The position numbers and the translations under genes are program-made. Shown in pieces: positions 38,983 to 47,874 of a DNA stretch of 64,000 nt (position 1 is its first letter; every line of letters starts with the position of its first letter). Under the pieces are notes generated by a model that ran no database searches, was not told the DNA's origin, and worked only from the letters and a program-made list of their open reading frames with translations. The stretch comes from Candidatus Nanosyncoccus sp. (GTDB taxonomy: Bacteria > Patescibacteriota > Saccharimonadia > Saccharimonadales > Saccharimonadaceae), in assembly GCA_045587885.1 (NCBI GenBank), contig JAZNDC010000030.1, positions 1,628 through 65,627 of the forward strand, read 5' to 3'.

Positions 38983-39120
38983 TAAGATTATTTCGCTTTC
39001 GCTCGAGCCAAGAACATAAAAATAATTTCAGGCAGATTTTCACCTGTATTTCAGTACAGGATTCAAATCTGTGAAATTATTTTTATGTTCTTGGGCTCGC
39101 TCAAATGCTCAATAATCTTA
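38983..39120. repeat. 138-bp imperfect palindrome (MITE/ERIC-like), TA-bounded
   Basis: gagccaagaacataaaaataatttca vs tgaaattatttttatgttcttgggctc, plus outer taagattatt/aataatctta and inner cagattt/aaatctg, cctgta/tacagg. Confidence 0.85.
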
Positions 39121-39885
39121 TTTTATGACACCTAATATGCCTTTTAATGCAAATGCGGTGTCTTCGTGGCTGCGGACGGTGATAGTGTCGATGCCCATCT
39201 GGACGACAGGGTAATCGTTGCCGCCAGGCTGAGTCATGTCGCCAAAATAGAGAATGTCGGATTTTTCGACGTTTAGTTCCTCTAATAGGTGTGTCATACC
39301 GAAGGTTTTGTTCATGCCCGGGGTGATGGCATTAATAGAGGTAGTACCGCCAATTTCGTAGTCGAATTCTGGGGCTAGTTCTTTGCAGCGGGCGACGATT
39401 TTCTCGCGTTTTTTGCAGTCCGGGTCCCAGGCATATTTGGCATCGGTGCCGGCTTTTTGGCCGAGAGCGGAGAAAGTTACCTGAGAGAGGCGGTTTTCGA
39501 TAATTTCGTCACCTGGGGCGAGCTTGTCTTCTTCCCAGTAGCCGAGCTCGCGGGCGGACTGCTCGATAGTGGCAGTGATTTTGGCGACTTGCTCCTCTGT
39601 AAGTGGGTAATTGTAGACCTGTTCCCAGTCGTCGTCTTTATAGTGGTAATATTGGGTGCCTTGGGCGACAAATAAATGAAGATGCTTCAGTTGCTCTGGG
39701 GTGGCACCACGCTCTACCAACCTATCCACGATTTGAATCAAAAATTGTTCGAACTTTTGGCCAGAAATTGGGCAAATTTCGAACTTTTCGAGACATTTAT
39801 TTAGCAAATCGGCTATTTCGTCTGGGATAGGCGTCTTTGCCACATTTAATGTTTGGTCTATATCGAATGCAAGTACCTTTTTCAT
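39118..39885 (-). CDS. HAD-IIB hydrolase, eukaryotic-type phosphomannomutase-like
   Basis: AFDIDQTL motif I, ISGQ, IENRLSQVTFSALGQKA, GGTTSI, YFGD...GGND. Confidence 0.88.
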   Translation of the reverse strand: MKKVLAFDIDQTLNVAKTPIPDEIADLLNKCLEKFEICPISGQKFEQFLIQIVDRLVERGATPEQLKHLHLFVAQGTQYYHYKDDDWEQVYNYPLTEEQVAKITATIEQSARELGYWEEDKLAPGDEIIENRLSQVTFSALGQKAGTDAKYAWDPDCKKREKIVARCKELAPEFDYEIGGTTSINAITPGMNKTFGMTHLLEELNVEKSDILYFGDMTQPGGNDYPVVQMGIDTITVRSHEDTAFALKGILGVIK

Positions 39886-39899
39886 GTTATAATGATAAC

Positions 39900-40670
39900 A
39901 TGAAAACTTATATTGTGGGCAACTGGAAGCTAAATTTCACCGTGGGTGAGTCTTCCATCTATCTTCATAAACTCTTAAAAAAGGTGCCGATTATTCGCGA
40001 AATGGAGGTGGTGATTGCGCCAACAGCTTTGGCATTGCAACCTCTGTCACTTCAGATTGATCGTCACAAAATGAAACTTGCGGCGCAAAATGCGTTTTAT
40101 CGTGATTACGGTGCGTTTACGGGGGAAATTTCTTTTGACCAACTACGTGGGCTAGTGGATTATTGTATTATTGGGCACTCCGAGAGGCGCCATATTCTCG
40201 GTGAAGATGACAAAATGATTGGCAAAAAGGTCGCCGCGGCGATTCGTAATAGAATTACCCCTATTCTTTGTATCGGTGAGACCGAATCTGAGCGTTCGTT
40301 TGGCGAAACTGCTGATGTAATCCGTGATCAATTAAAAGGTGGACTTGAAGAGGTTTCTGAGGAAGACATCTCTAAAGTGATAATTGCCTACGAGCCAGTT
40401 TGGGCGATTTCTAGCACGAAGGCAGCACGCCCGGCTACCCCTGATGAGATTGCGGATGTGATTAAACTAATTCGTTCGTCGATTGCAGAAATTTATGGCA
40501 AGAAAACCGCTGATGAAATGCCAGTTCTATTTGGTGGAAGTGTAAATCCGTCTAATGCAGGGGCTTATTTGACCGTGCCTGGCGTAAATGGGTTGTTGAT
40601 TGGTGGAGCCTCGTTGATTCTTAGTGAATTTACTGATATAATTGAAATTGCTAAGAGAGTAAAAGCATGA
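39900..40670 (+). CDS. tpiA: Triose-phosphate isomerase
   Basis: VGNWK, GHSERR, IAYEPVWAI, FGGSV, LIGGASL. Confidence 0.97.
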   Translation: MKTYIVGNWKLNFTVGESSIYLHKLLKKVPIIREMEVVIAPTALALQPLSLQIDRHKMKLAAQNAFYRDYGAFTGEISFDQLRGLVDYCIIGHSERRHILGEDDKMIGKKVAAAIRNRITPILCIGETESERSFGETADVIRDQLKGGLEEVSEEDISKVIIAYEPVWAISSTKAARPATPDEIADVIKLIRSSIAEIYGKKTADEMPVLFGGSVNPSNAGAYLTVPGVNGLLIGGASLILSEFTDIIEIAKRVKA

Positions 40671-41422
40671 AACAGCGATATATGGATTTCGTCCCAAAGG
40701 GCAAAAAAATTCCAGCAAAAAAACCTGTGGAGGTAAAAAAGTCTGTCCCAGTGGCAGAAGAGCCAGAGGTGTATTCTTATACTGAGGAAACAGTCACTAC
40801 AGAGTATTTTGACGAGCCGGAGCTTCTTGAAACACCGAAAAAGGCAGTGCCTGATGATGTTTCGATTGAGGAGTTTTTTGCGGTAGACGATAATCCTAGG
40901 CGTCGCAATCCTGAGCCTGATTTTGGTGTAATAGAGGAATACAAGCCGAAATTTGTAAAAGCAGAGATAAAGAAGCGTCCACTTGGTGGGCCGGCACGTC
41001 CAGTAGCCAAGCCAGCGGCACCTGTAGCTAAACCTGAGACCCCTGTGGCAAAGCCTGCAAATACTGCCGCAGTGGCAAAAGCACAAAAGGTGGGTGCGCG
41101 TCCGTTTGCAAAGGTAGCGGCGAAGCCTGCTCCAAAAGCTCCGAAGAATCCAGAGACGCCAGCAAAGAAAGCAGAGTCAAAGACGGAATATGTGACTCCA
41201 AAAACTCGTTTTGTAAATACAGAGAAGGTCGAGAAGAGACCTCTGTCGAAGAATGTCTATAAGAAGAAAGTAGTTGCTCCAAAAGAGGAGCCGACGGGCC
41301 CGGTGACGATTATTACTAAGCCGGATAAGGGTTCGCATATTGGGGTGATTGTGACGATAATTCTTACGATTATCCTCGGTGCGGCGGCGGGTACCGTAGC
41401 TTTCTTGCTGTTGCCAAAATAG
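40667..41422 (+). CDS. Low-complexity P/A/K-rich protein with C-terminal TM anchor
   Basis: Overlaps tpiA stop; hydrophobic C-terminus. Confidence 0.7.
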   Translation: MKQRYMDFVPKGKKIPAKKPVEVKKSVPVAEEPEVYSYTEETVTTEYFDEPELLETPKKAVPDDVSIEEFFAVDDNPRRRNPEPDFGVIEEYKPKFVKAEIKKRPLGGPARPVAKPAAPVAKPETPVAKPANTAAVAKAQKVGARPFAKVAAKPAPKAPKNPETPAKKAESKTEYVTPKTRFVNTEKVEKRPLSKNVYKKKVVAPKEEPTGPVTIITKPDKGSHIGVIVTIILTIILGAAAGTVAFLLLPK

Positions 41423-41460
41423 TGGCAAAGGTGTTATAATAATAAAAGCAACCTACGTAT

Positions 41461-41538
41461 GGTGGGATTAGCTCAGATGGTTAGAGCGTCTGATTGTGGT
41501 CCAGAAGGTCGTCGGTTCGATCCCGATATCCCACCCCA
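41461..41538 (+). tRNA. trnH: tRNA-His(GUG)
   Basis: G-1, TTGTGGT loop, C73, CCA. Confidence 0.93.
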
Positions 41539-41644
41539 TTTCGAGCTAGAATTCCGTATCTTAGCAGTTTTCGACTCTCGCTCTATCAATAATAGCGCGT
41601 CGAGTCGAGAAACTACTAATCTACGAAATTCTAGTCTCGAAATG
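41537..41644. repeat. 108-bp imperfect palindrome in the tRNA-His/tRNA-Gly spacer
   Basis: catttcgagctagaatt...ttagcagttttcgactc pairs with gagtcgagaaactactaa...aattctagtctcgaaatg. Confidence 0.85.
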
Positions 41645-41657
41645 AGCGGTTGAACAT

Positions 41658-41732
41658 GCGGGTATAGTACAGTGGTTAGTATGCAAGTTTTCCAAACTTG
41701 AGATGAGAGTTCGATTCTCTCTACCCGCACCA
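41658..41732 (+). tRNA. trnG: tRNA-Gly(UCC), discriminator A73
   Basis: gcgggta/tacccgc acceptor, caagt-tttccaa-acttg anticodon arm, CCA. Confidence 0.93.
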
Positions 41733-41838
41733 TAAAAAATGAGAGCTTGCTCTCAATTTTTTTATTTGGAGCAAGGATTTTACTATATTTGCACCAGGGG
41801 TGGGGTGCTGGAAAGTGGTTATATTTATGTTATAACTA

Positions 41839-41867
41839 TTGACAAATTATTGTATGTGTGCTATAAT
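41839..41867 (+). promoter_or_regulatory. Consensus sigma70 promoter with extended -10
   Basis: TTGACA-N17-TATAAT, with TG preceding -10. Confidence 0.85.
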
Positions 41868-41972
41868 TACGACAATTGCACATTAAGAAGTTGAAATGGG
41901 TTTTGCTGTGCAATTTTTACATAGAGTAGAGTAACTGAAAAATTATTACACTGTATAACGGAGGAAAAGCCA

Positions 41973-42449
41973 ATGAAGAGTCAGGACAGACAGAAAATTG
42001 AGCAGCAGAATGAAAGAAAAAAAGCAAACGCGGCAAATAACGACCGTATCACAAAGCTGGAAGAGAAGATGGATGGATTTGCGGAAACGCAGGCGAAGAT
42101 CCTCGAGATTCTCGAGCAAAACGGAATCGACCGTAAAACTGAGGCCGAAGAGAAGAAGGAAGAAAAGAAGGCCGAGAAGAAGGCCGAAAAGAAAGAAGAG
42201 AAAAAGGCCGAGAAGAAGGCTGAGAAAAAGGAAGAGAAGAAGGCCGAAAAGAAGGCACTGATTCCCAAGAAGGTCTATCAGGTCTGGGACGCAAGTTCCG
42301 GATGCTATAAAATTGTAATAGACCTGTGGGAGGCCAAACAGTTTTATGGGGATTACACCCCGGTTTGGGCCGGTTTCTTGCCCACGGGTGAGTATTCCCA
42401 CCTTCTTTCGAAGGAGGAGATGGCTATGCTCCTCCCTAGAGTAAAATAA
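41973..42449 (+). CDS. Hypothetical protein with KKAE/KKEE tandem repeats
   Basis: GGAGG SD; coiled coil; 12-bp unit repeats at ~42149-42255; terminator at ~42478-42505. Confidence 0.7.
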   Translation: MKSQDRQKIEQQNERKKANAANNDRITKLEEKMDGFAETQAKILEILEQNGIDRKTEAEEKKEEKKAEKKAEKKEEKKAEKKAEKKEEKKAEKKALIPKKVYQVWDASSGCYKIVIDLWEAKQFYGDYTPVWAGFLPTGEYSHLLSKEEMAMLLPRVK

Positions 42450-42540
42450 TAGCCTAAGCAAAACCCAAAACAACGAAAGACCGTGCTCGAATGAGCGCGG
42501 TTTTTCATTTTTGCCATAAGCGGAATATATGATATAAATA

Positions 42541-42569
42541 TTGACTTTTTAGGGAAAGTGTGCTATAAT
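42541..42569 (+). promoter_or_regulatory. Sigma70 promoter just outside the inverted-repeat-bounded segment
   Basis: TTGACT-N17-TATAAT with extended TG. Confidence 0.8.
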
Positions 42570-42618
42570 GTAATTAGTCTGAGTTAAGAGGTGTGTACTC
42601 TATAACGAGAAGACCATT

Positions 42619-42637
42619 AACAACCAAATCATCTCAG
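42619..42637 (+). repeat. Left arm of perfect 19-bp inverted repeat (partner 44615-44633)
   Basis: aacaaccaaatcatctcag. Confidence 0.9.
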
Positions 42638-42760
42638 ATTTCAAATATTGAGATCTGAAGTTGCCTATGGCAATTATAACCCCCCCAGGTTTTGAAATAT
42701 AACAATTGTTTGGGGGGTATGTGCCCCCTTCTATACAGAAAGGTTAAAAAGGTGATAAAT

Positions 42761-44509
42761 ATGAATATTATAAGAATATTCGAACTTATTTTCATTTTTA
42801 CGGGGATTTTAATCCCTGGCACAGTAATTGCAAATATGTTTATGGCACGCGACGAGGACGGAAAGGTTGCAGAACCTACTGGGTTCTTCGCAGCTCTTGG
42901 CTTCGCAGTTGCAGCAGTTATCGCAGCAGCAAGCATGACAAAACTCGCCGAAGCAGCCATAGCTAACAAAGGGTTAGGCGTTGTAATCGTTGGCATCTAT
43001 TTGCTAGCGATTGCAGCCTTCGTAGGGCTGGCCATTCTTTGGCAAAAAGAAGGCTCCACTGTCGGTGAGCTTATTTGCACGCTCATTGTAGCGGGAGCCA
43101 TCTACCGCCTTGCTGCTATTGCGGCGAGAGCCATGGGAGTTTTAACTACTTCTGCTTTTTGGCAGTCAGTTTTTAAGTGGTTACCGCTTGCTTGCTTTGT
43201 CGCGACGGCTGGGATGATCCTGGCCAGCTTCTTCTGGTTCCTGTATAAGGAGATGAAGAAAGGTGTTTGGGCAAAGGTACTGTACATCATTATCTTAGTG
43301 ATTACAGGTCTTATCCTGATTGGCACCTTGCCCATGATTAATTGGGCAGCAGCTGGGAGTAATCTGAAATTAGCCGACAATGACACTGACACCAATGTGA
43401 TTGAAGAGGAAGAGCCAGTGCTCACAGCCGAAGACCTGGATACCTTCACGGTTCCTGTTTTAACTGCTGAAGAGCTTGAGGAATTAACTCTTACGAAGTA
43501 TGCGAATATTTCGGAGGAGTTCCTCGATAGCTCTTTCTCAGTAAAAGATAAAGGGAGAACGGCGGAGACGGGCTTTAGTGACGCATTAACCTTTCCCTTT
43601 AGCACAAACGACAGATTCGCCGAGCTGGAGGAAGAGATTCTTCGGAATCCAGTCTACGGCGTAACGGTAGTGGAGGCACTGAAGGATAAAAAGTTAGGTT
43701 CGGAGACAATCAGTAAGCTTAATCCCTGGATGGACGAAATGGTCTTAAAGACCGACCGTTTTGGGATGGCTGCTTGGTTGGAGCATAGAGAAGGTACTGA
43801 AAAGTTTTATGTAACAAAAGAGTACCGAATTTATGCGGCAACGCTTTGCACTCTTCTTGAAAGATTTGTTGAGGTGGATGGCACCCAGACCTTCAAGACG
43901 AAGGAAAACTGGTGTCTGTCCATGACATCAATGAACAATGATAGGAGAGGCGTAAAAGCCAACTATCAGTACAGTGGACAGTTTTACGTACTGGTAGCCA
44001 AGACGAAAGCAGGCAAGGAAATGCTTAGAATTGGTTTCAATACCAAGGACAAGCGTCCGGCTTTCCCTGAAGGAACTCCGAAACCGACTCCGACGCCGAC
44101 GCCGACTCCGACGCCGACTCCGACTCCGACGCCGACCCCAACCCCTACTCCAAATCCAAAAGATAAGAGTAAAGGGACGCAGGGTGAGGTAGTCAAGCCG
44201 AATGACAATCCGGGTCCGGGGCCTGATACAAACAACCCCAAAGATCCGAATCATTCTGCGGCTGAGGAAAAACCCAACAGCACGGGTGAGAGTTATCCTG
44301 AGTACAAACAGGAAATGAAGGATAAGGAGGATATCAATAAGAAACAGAATCCTACAAATCCGACTACACCGGCTGACAAAGGTACGAATGTGGTCGATCC
44401 TGGTGCTGGATCGGTAAATCCGAAAGCCGACACTCCTCCGGCGGAGACCGGAGACGGCAAAAAGATTGACAACAATAATCCTGGTAAGCCCTGGGGGGGA
44501 CCGAACTAG
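42761..44509 (+). CDS. Multi-TM membrane protein with extracellular domain, Pro-Thr linker and low-complexity tail
   Basis: AAGGTGA SD; ~6-7 hydrophobic segments; (PT)n encoded by 6-bp repeats at ~44079-44155. Confidence 0.8.
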   Translation: MNIIRIFELIFIFTGILIPGTVIANMFMARDEDGKVAEPTGFFAALGFAVAAVIAAASMTKLAEAAIANKGLGVVIVGIYLLAIAAFVGLAILWQKEGSTVGELICTLIVAGAIYRLAAIAARAMGVLTTSAFWQSVFKWLPLACFVATAGMILASFFWFLYKEMKKGVWAKVLYIIILVITGLILIGTLPMINWAAAGSNLKLADNDTDTNVIEEEEPVLTAEDLDTFTVPVLTAEELEELTLTKYANISEEFLDSSFSVKDKGRTAETGFSDALTFPFSTNDRFAELEEEILRNPVYGVTVVEALKDKKLGSETISKLNPWMDEMVLKTDRFGMAAWLEHREGTEKFYVTKEYRIYAATLCTLLERFVEVDGTQTFKTKENWCLSMTSMNNDRRGVKANYQYSGQFYVLVAKTKAGKEMLRIGFNTKDKRPAFPEGTPKPTPTPTPTPTPTPTPTPTPTPTPNPKDKSKGTQGEVVKPNDNPGPGPDTNNPKDPNHSAAEEKPNSTGESYPEYKQEMKDKEDINKKQNPTNPTTPADKGTNVVDPGAGSVNPKADTPPAETGDGKKIDNNNPGKPWGGPN

Positions 44510-44614
44510 GATTTAGGCAACTTTATGGATGACATCGGAGAAATCTGATGAAACATAGTACTTTATAATGTGCCTGGCGGCTCACGCCGCCGGGTTTCAT
44601 CCAAAAATTTGAGA

Positions 44615-44633
44615 CTGAGATGATTTGGTTGTT
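44615..44633 (-). repeat. Right arm of perfect 19-bp inverted repeat (partner 42619-42637)
   Basis: ctgagatgatttggttgtt. Confidence 0.9.
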
Positions 44634-44775
44634 CAGACGAAAATTAACAATTCGGCTAGCAACACAGGGCTTAAACTTTTCTTTCGGAAAAGAAAAGTTT
44701 AGCAAAAGAAACTAGTATTAATTTTGAATTGAAAGTAAATTCCAATTCAGAATTTATTTAAGAAAGGATTTAATA

Positions 44776-46026
44776 ATGAATAAAATTTATAAGGCAGTTC
44801 TTGCTGCAGCTGCTGTCACAGTTGCTGCTACTGCAATAATTACTCCTGCTTGCGTAAACGCTTGGGGTGACTCTGACAATGGTCGTCCTAGCTATACTAT
44901 TGCAGATATTAATGCTGGTAAACTTGGTGACAAGATTACCTTTAACTCTATCTCTGACTCCAAAATTGGTGATGAGAAAAACTTCGTTGGCGCTAAGCTC
45001 AGCTCTCAAACCGCTGATACTTGGAACGCTGACTCTATCAACGTAAAAGATGGCGAAACTTATACAATTCGTCTTTATGTTCACAACAACAGCCCTAAGG
45101 GCACCGAGAAGGTTGCGGAAGGCGTAAAAGCTACTTTTGCAGTTCCTACCGCTGTTGCTACTTCTCATACTATCGTAGGCTATCTTGATTCTTCTAACGC
45201 TACTCCAAAGCGTTACTGGGATGAAGTTGTTCTCAAATCTGACAGCGACTTTTATCTAGAATACGTGGATGGCTCTGCTCGTTATACCAACGCTAAGCTC
45301 GGTACCGTAAAACTTCCTAACGAAGTTATTACTTCTGGTGCTACCCTTGGTTATGACAAGCTTGATGGTAAAATCCCTGGTTGTTATGAATACGATGGTG
45401 TTGTAACCATCCAGGTAAAGGTACACAAGTCTGTTTCCGCTAAGGTAAGCAAGACTGTACGTATCAAGGGTACCAAAGATTGGGCCGAATCTGTAAATGC
45501 TAAGGTTGGTGACGAAGTTGAGTACCAAATCGAGTACGTAAACCTCTTGAATACTCAAGTAAGCAACGTAGTCGTAGCTGACTCTCTTCCTGCTAACATG
45601 GAATATGTAAAAGGTTCTACCTATCTTTATAACTCCGTATACCAAGATGGTGTACAAATCAAAGATGATACCTTGGTTACTACCGGTATCAACATTGGTA
45701 GCTATACTGCCAATGGTAATGCGTATGTTCGTTTTACCGCTAAGGTAACTGATAAAAGTCTCCAATGTGGTAAAAACCAACTCGTAAACTGGGCTGGTGT
45801 AACGGCAAGCAATAAAACCAATAAAGATGATGCATCTGTAATGGTTAACAAGGATTGTCCTACCCCTACACCTCCCCCAACCCCTACCCCTACTCCAACT
45901 CCTACTCCAGATCCATTGCCGGAAACTGGTGCTAACGAGATTGCTCTTAGCGCTCTTGGTGTAGGTGGTGTTGTAACCGCTGGTGGTTACTATATTGCTA
46001 GCCGCAAAAAATTAATGAAAAAATAA
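44776..46026 (+). CDS. DUF11-type surface protein with LPXTG sorting signal
   Basis: Signal peptide, VNAKVGDEVEYQIEY...VVVADSLPANMEYV (DUF11-like), PT linker, LPETG + hydrophobic helix + RKKLMKK. Confidence 0.85.
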   Translation: MNKIYKAVLAAAAVTVAATAIITPACVNAWGDSDNGRPSYTIADINAGKLGDKITFNSISDSKIGDEKNFVGAKLSSQTADTWNADSINVKDGETYTIRLYVHNNSPKGTEKVAEGVKATFAVPTAVATSHTIVGYLDSSNATPKRYWDEVVLKSDSDFYLEYVDGSARYTNAKLGTVKLPNEVITSGATLGYDKLDGKIPGCYEYDGVVTIQVKVHKSVSAKVSKTVRIKGTKDWAESVNAKVGDEVEYQIEYVNLLNTQVSNVVVADSLPANMEYVKGSTYLYNSVYQDGVQIKDDTLVTTGINIGSYTANGNAYVRFTAKVTDKSLQCGKNQLVNWAGVTASNKTNKDDASVMVNKDCPTPTPPPTPTPTPTPTPDPLPETGANEIALSALGVGGVVTAGGYYIASRKKLMKK

Positions 46027-46177
46027 GTAGACCGCTTCACTTAGATGCCTAGGGGCATCATGGGCGGGAACTTTAAAAAAGGCCTCTCCTTGGCTTTGCT
46101 GAGGGGAGGCTTTTTTGTGGTATAATTGTTTGGCGGGCCTTTTTAAGGCCTTTAGTACTTTGAAAGGGGGTGAGGAG

Positions 46178-46738
46178 ATGAACGTTAAAAGGTTTTTGAA
46201 AGTGGCTGTGATAGGGATGATCTTGATTGTCTCGATTTGGATTTTGGCGATGGGAGTACGCGCCAGGACAAAGTTGTGGATGTATGAGATATCTGAACAG
46301 ACTGCTATGGCTTATAACCAGCTTTGCGTGGTAGACGGAGAGCATCTGTATTCTTTGGCTGGCTGGGTGCCGGCGCCAAAATACAGAGAAAGGCTGGTTG
46401 CTGCTGGAATAAATGTGGAGGATTATGTCACGATGTACGAGCAGCTAAGCTATGAAAAGTTGGTGGCATGCTCTGATGCGCCAATACCTGTAGTAAAGGA
46501 TGATAAGAACTTGGTGCATTATTATTCTACAGAGGAGTCGATTGTGTCTTTTCGTAAGGCAAGTCCCGCTGGGATGGACGGCGAGCGTCGTGCGTTTAGT
46601 ATCGATTCGGAGCAGGAGTATGTTTTTCACGCTGAAGTGGGGCCGGAAGGGTACGGTGTGTATGATCTGTTTGAACTAGAGGATGGGCTGTATTATGTGA
46701 ATTCTGGTGGCCTGGTGGAACTGAGACGTTCAAAGTAA
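46178..46738 (+). CDS. Exported/membrane-anchored hypothetical protein
   Basis: SD, N-terminal hydrophobic segment, own promoter and terminator. Confidence 0.65.
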   Translation: MNVKRFLKVAVIGMILIVSIWILAMGVRARTKLWMYEISEQTAMAYNQLCVVDGEHLYSLAGWVPAPKYRERLVAAGINVEDYVTMYEQLSYEKLVACSDAPIPVVKDDKNLVHYYSTEESIVSFRKASPAGMDGERRAFSIDSEQEYVFHAEVGPEGYGVYDLFELEDGLYYVNSGGLVELRRSK

Positions 46739-46899
46739 AATGCGTCGCATCTTGCGGCGCTTTTTGCTGTTTTATTGTCTTGCCAGGGTTTAAGCAGGAC
46801 CATCTTGATTTTTTGGTAAAAGTGTGGTATAATAAGAGTGTAGTTATTGATTTTTGTTATTCAATTATATACTAAGTACCTTGAGAGGAGGGGGAAGAA

Positions 46900-47775
46900 A
46901 TGAAGAAGAAAATAATAGGTTTTTTTAGTGTAATTTTGTGCTTAGTTCTGGTCGCTGGCTGCCATAAGACAAACGCGACTTCCGAGCCGGTACTGTCGGT
47001 AGATGATACCCAGCCGGTAATCATCGAGGAGCCGACGCCGGAGCCTGTAGTGGTTGAACCGGAGCCTACACCTGTACCGGAGCCTGCAGAGGAAAAAAAC
47101 TTTGACGGCGACCCTAAACTGGCCTGCCTCGAGGTGACAGAGTCGTTTGCTACGGCGAACGAGCTACTGTGCCTGTATAGAAACGGCCATTTGTATTCTT
47201 TGGGGAAGTATATTCCCTATGAGAACAGCAAAAACTACGGGGTTGGTCTCGTAGTGGACAACTCGAAGTCGGAACTATTATGCTACAATGAAGAATGCAT
47301 CTATGTAATGGGGGACGTCCCTGATATAGTATTGCAGGAAGGTGATGAGCTTCGAGATTATGAAGGAACTGCCGGTCTGTTTTTCTTGGTAAAGGAGATT
47401 GGATATACGTTACCGATGTTTCGAAATGGGAGCAATTATTGGATAGTTCAATATTTGAACTATCAACCAATACAGGTACAAATGTCTCGAATTGAACAGT
47501 TTTCTGTAGTTGATGCGGCCGGCAATGAAACTGACTGGCAAAAAAAGGCATTACCCAGAAACAATGTCTATACCGTATCTTGGTTTGAAGGTGTGACATA
47601 TAACGAATACGAACTCGATGCATATTGGCGTTTGTATGACACAAAACACAACAGAGAAGAGAGTGTGAACCTTCCAAGAGAACTAAAAAAAGAAGGGTAT
47701 GCTCTTTTGACTTGGGAAGGAATTCCTTCAGGAACTTATGGAAATGTGATGAGTATCCCATTTACCGTAAAGTGA
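46900..47775 (+). CDS. Putative lipoprotein
   Basis: Lipobox LVAG/C, Pro/Glu linker; own promoter and terminator. Confidence 0.7.
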   Translation: MKKKIIGFFSVILCLVLVAGCHKTNATSEPVLSVDDTQPVIIEEPTPEPVVVEPEPTPVPEPAEEKNFDGDPKLACLEVTESFATANELLCLYRNGHLYSLGKYIPYENSKNYGVGLVVDNSKSELLCYNEECIYVMGDVPDIVLQEGDELRDYEGTAGLFFLVKEIGYTLPMFRNGSNYWIVQYLNYQPIQVQMSRIEQFSVVDAAGNETDWQKKALPRNNVYTVSWFEGVTYNEYELDAYWRLYDTKHNREESVNLPRELKKEGYALLTWEGIPSGTYGNVMSIPFTVK

Positions 47776-47874
47776 ATTATTAATTCTTCATCAACTAAAG
47801 CGCGCTGTAATTTTGGCGCGCTTTTTTCATTATTACTATTTATTTTGAAAATGCTTATGTTATAATGGTTTTAT

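Noticed and set aside
41700-47830. Prophage or integrative element at tRNA-Gly
   Set aside because: No duplicated tRNA 3' end and no phage or integrase genes found.
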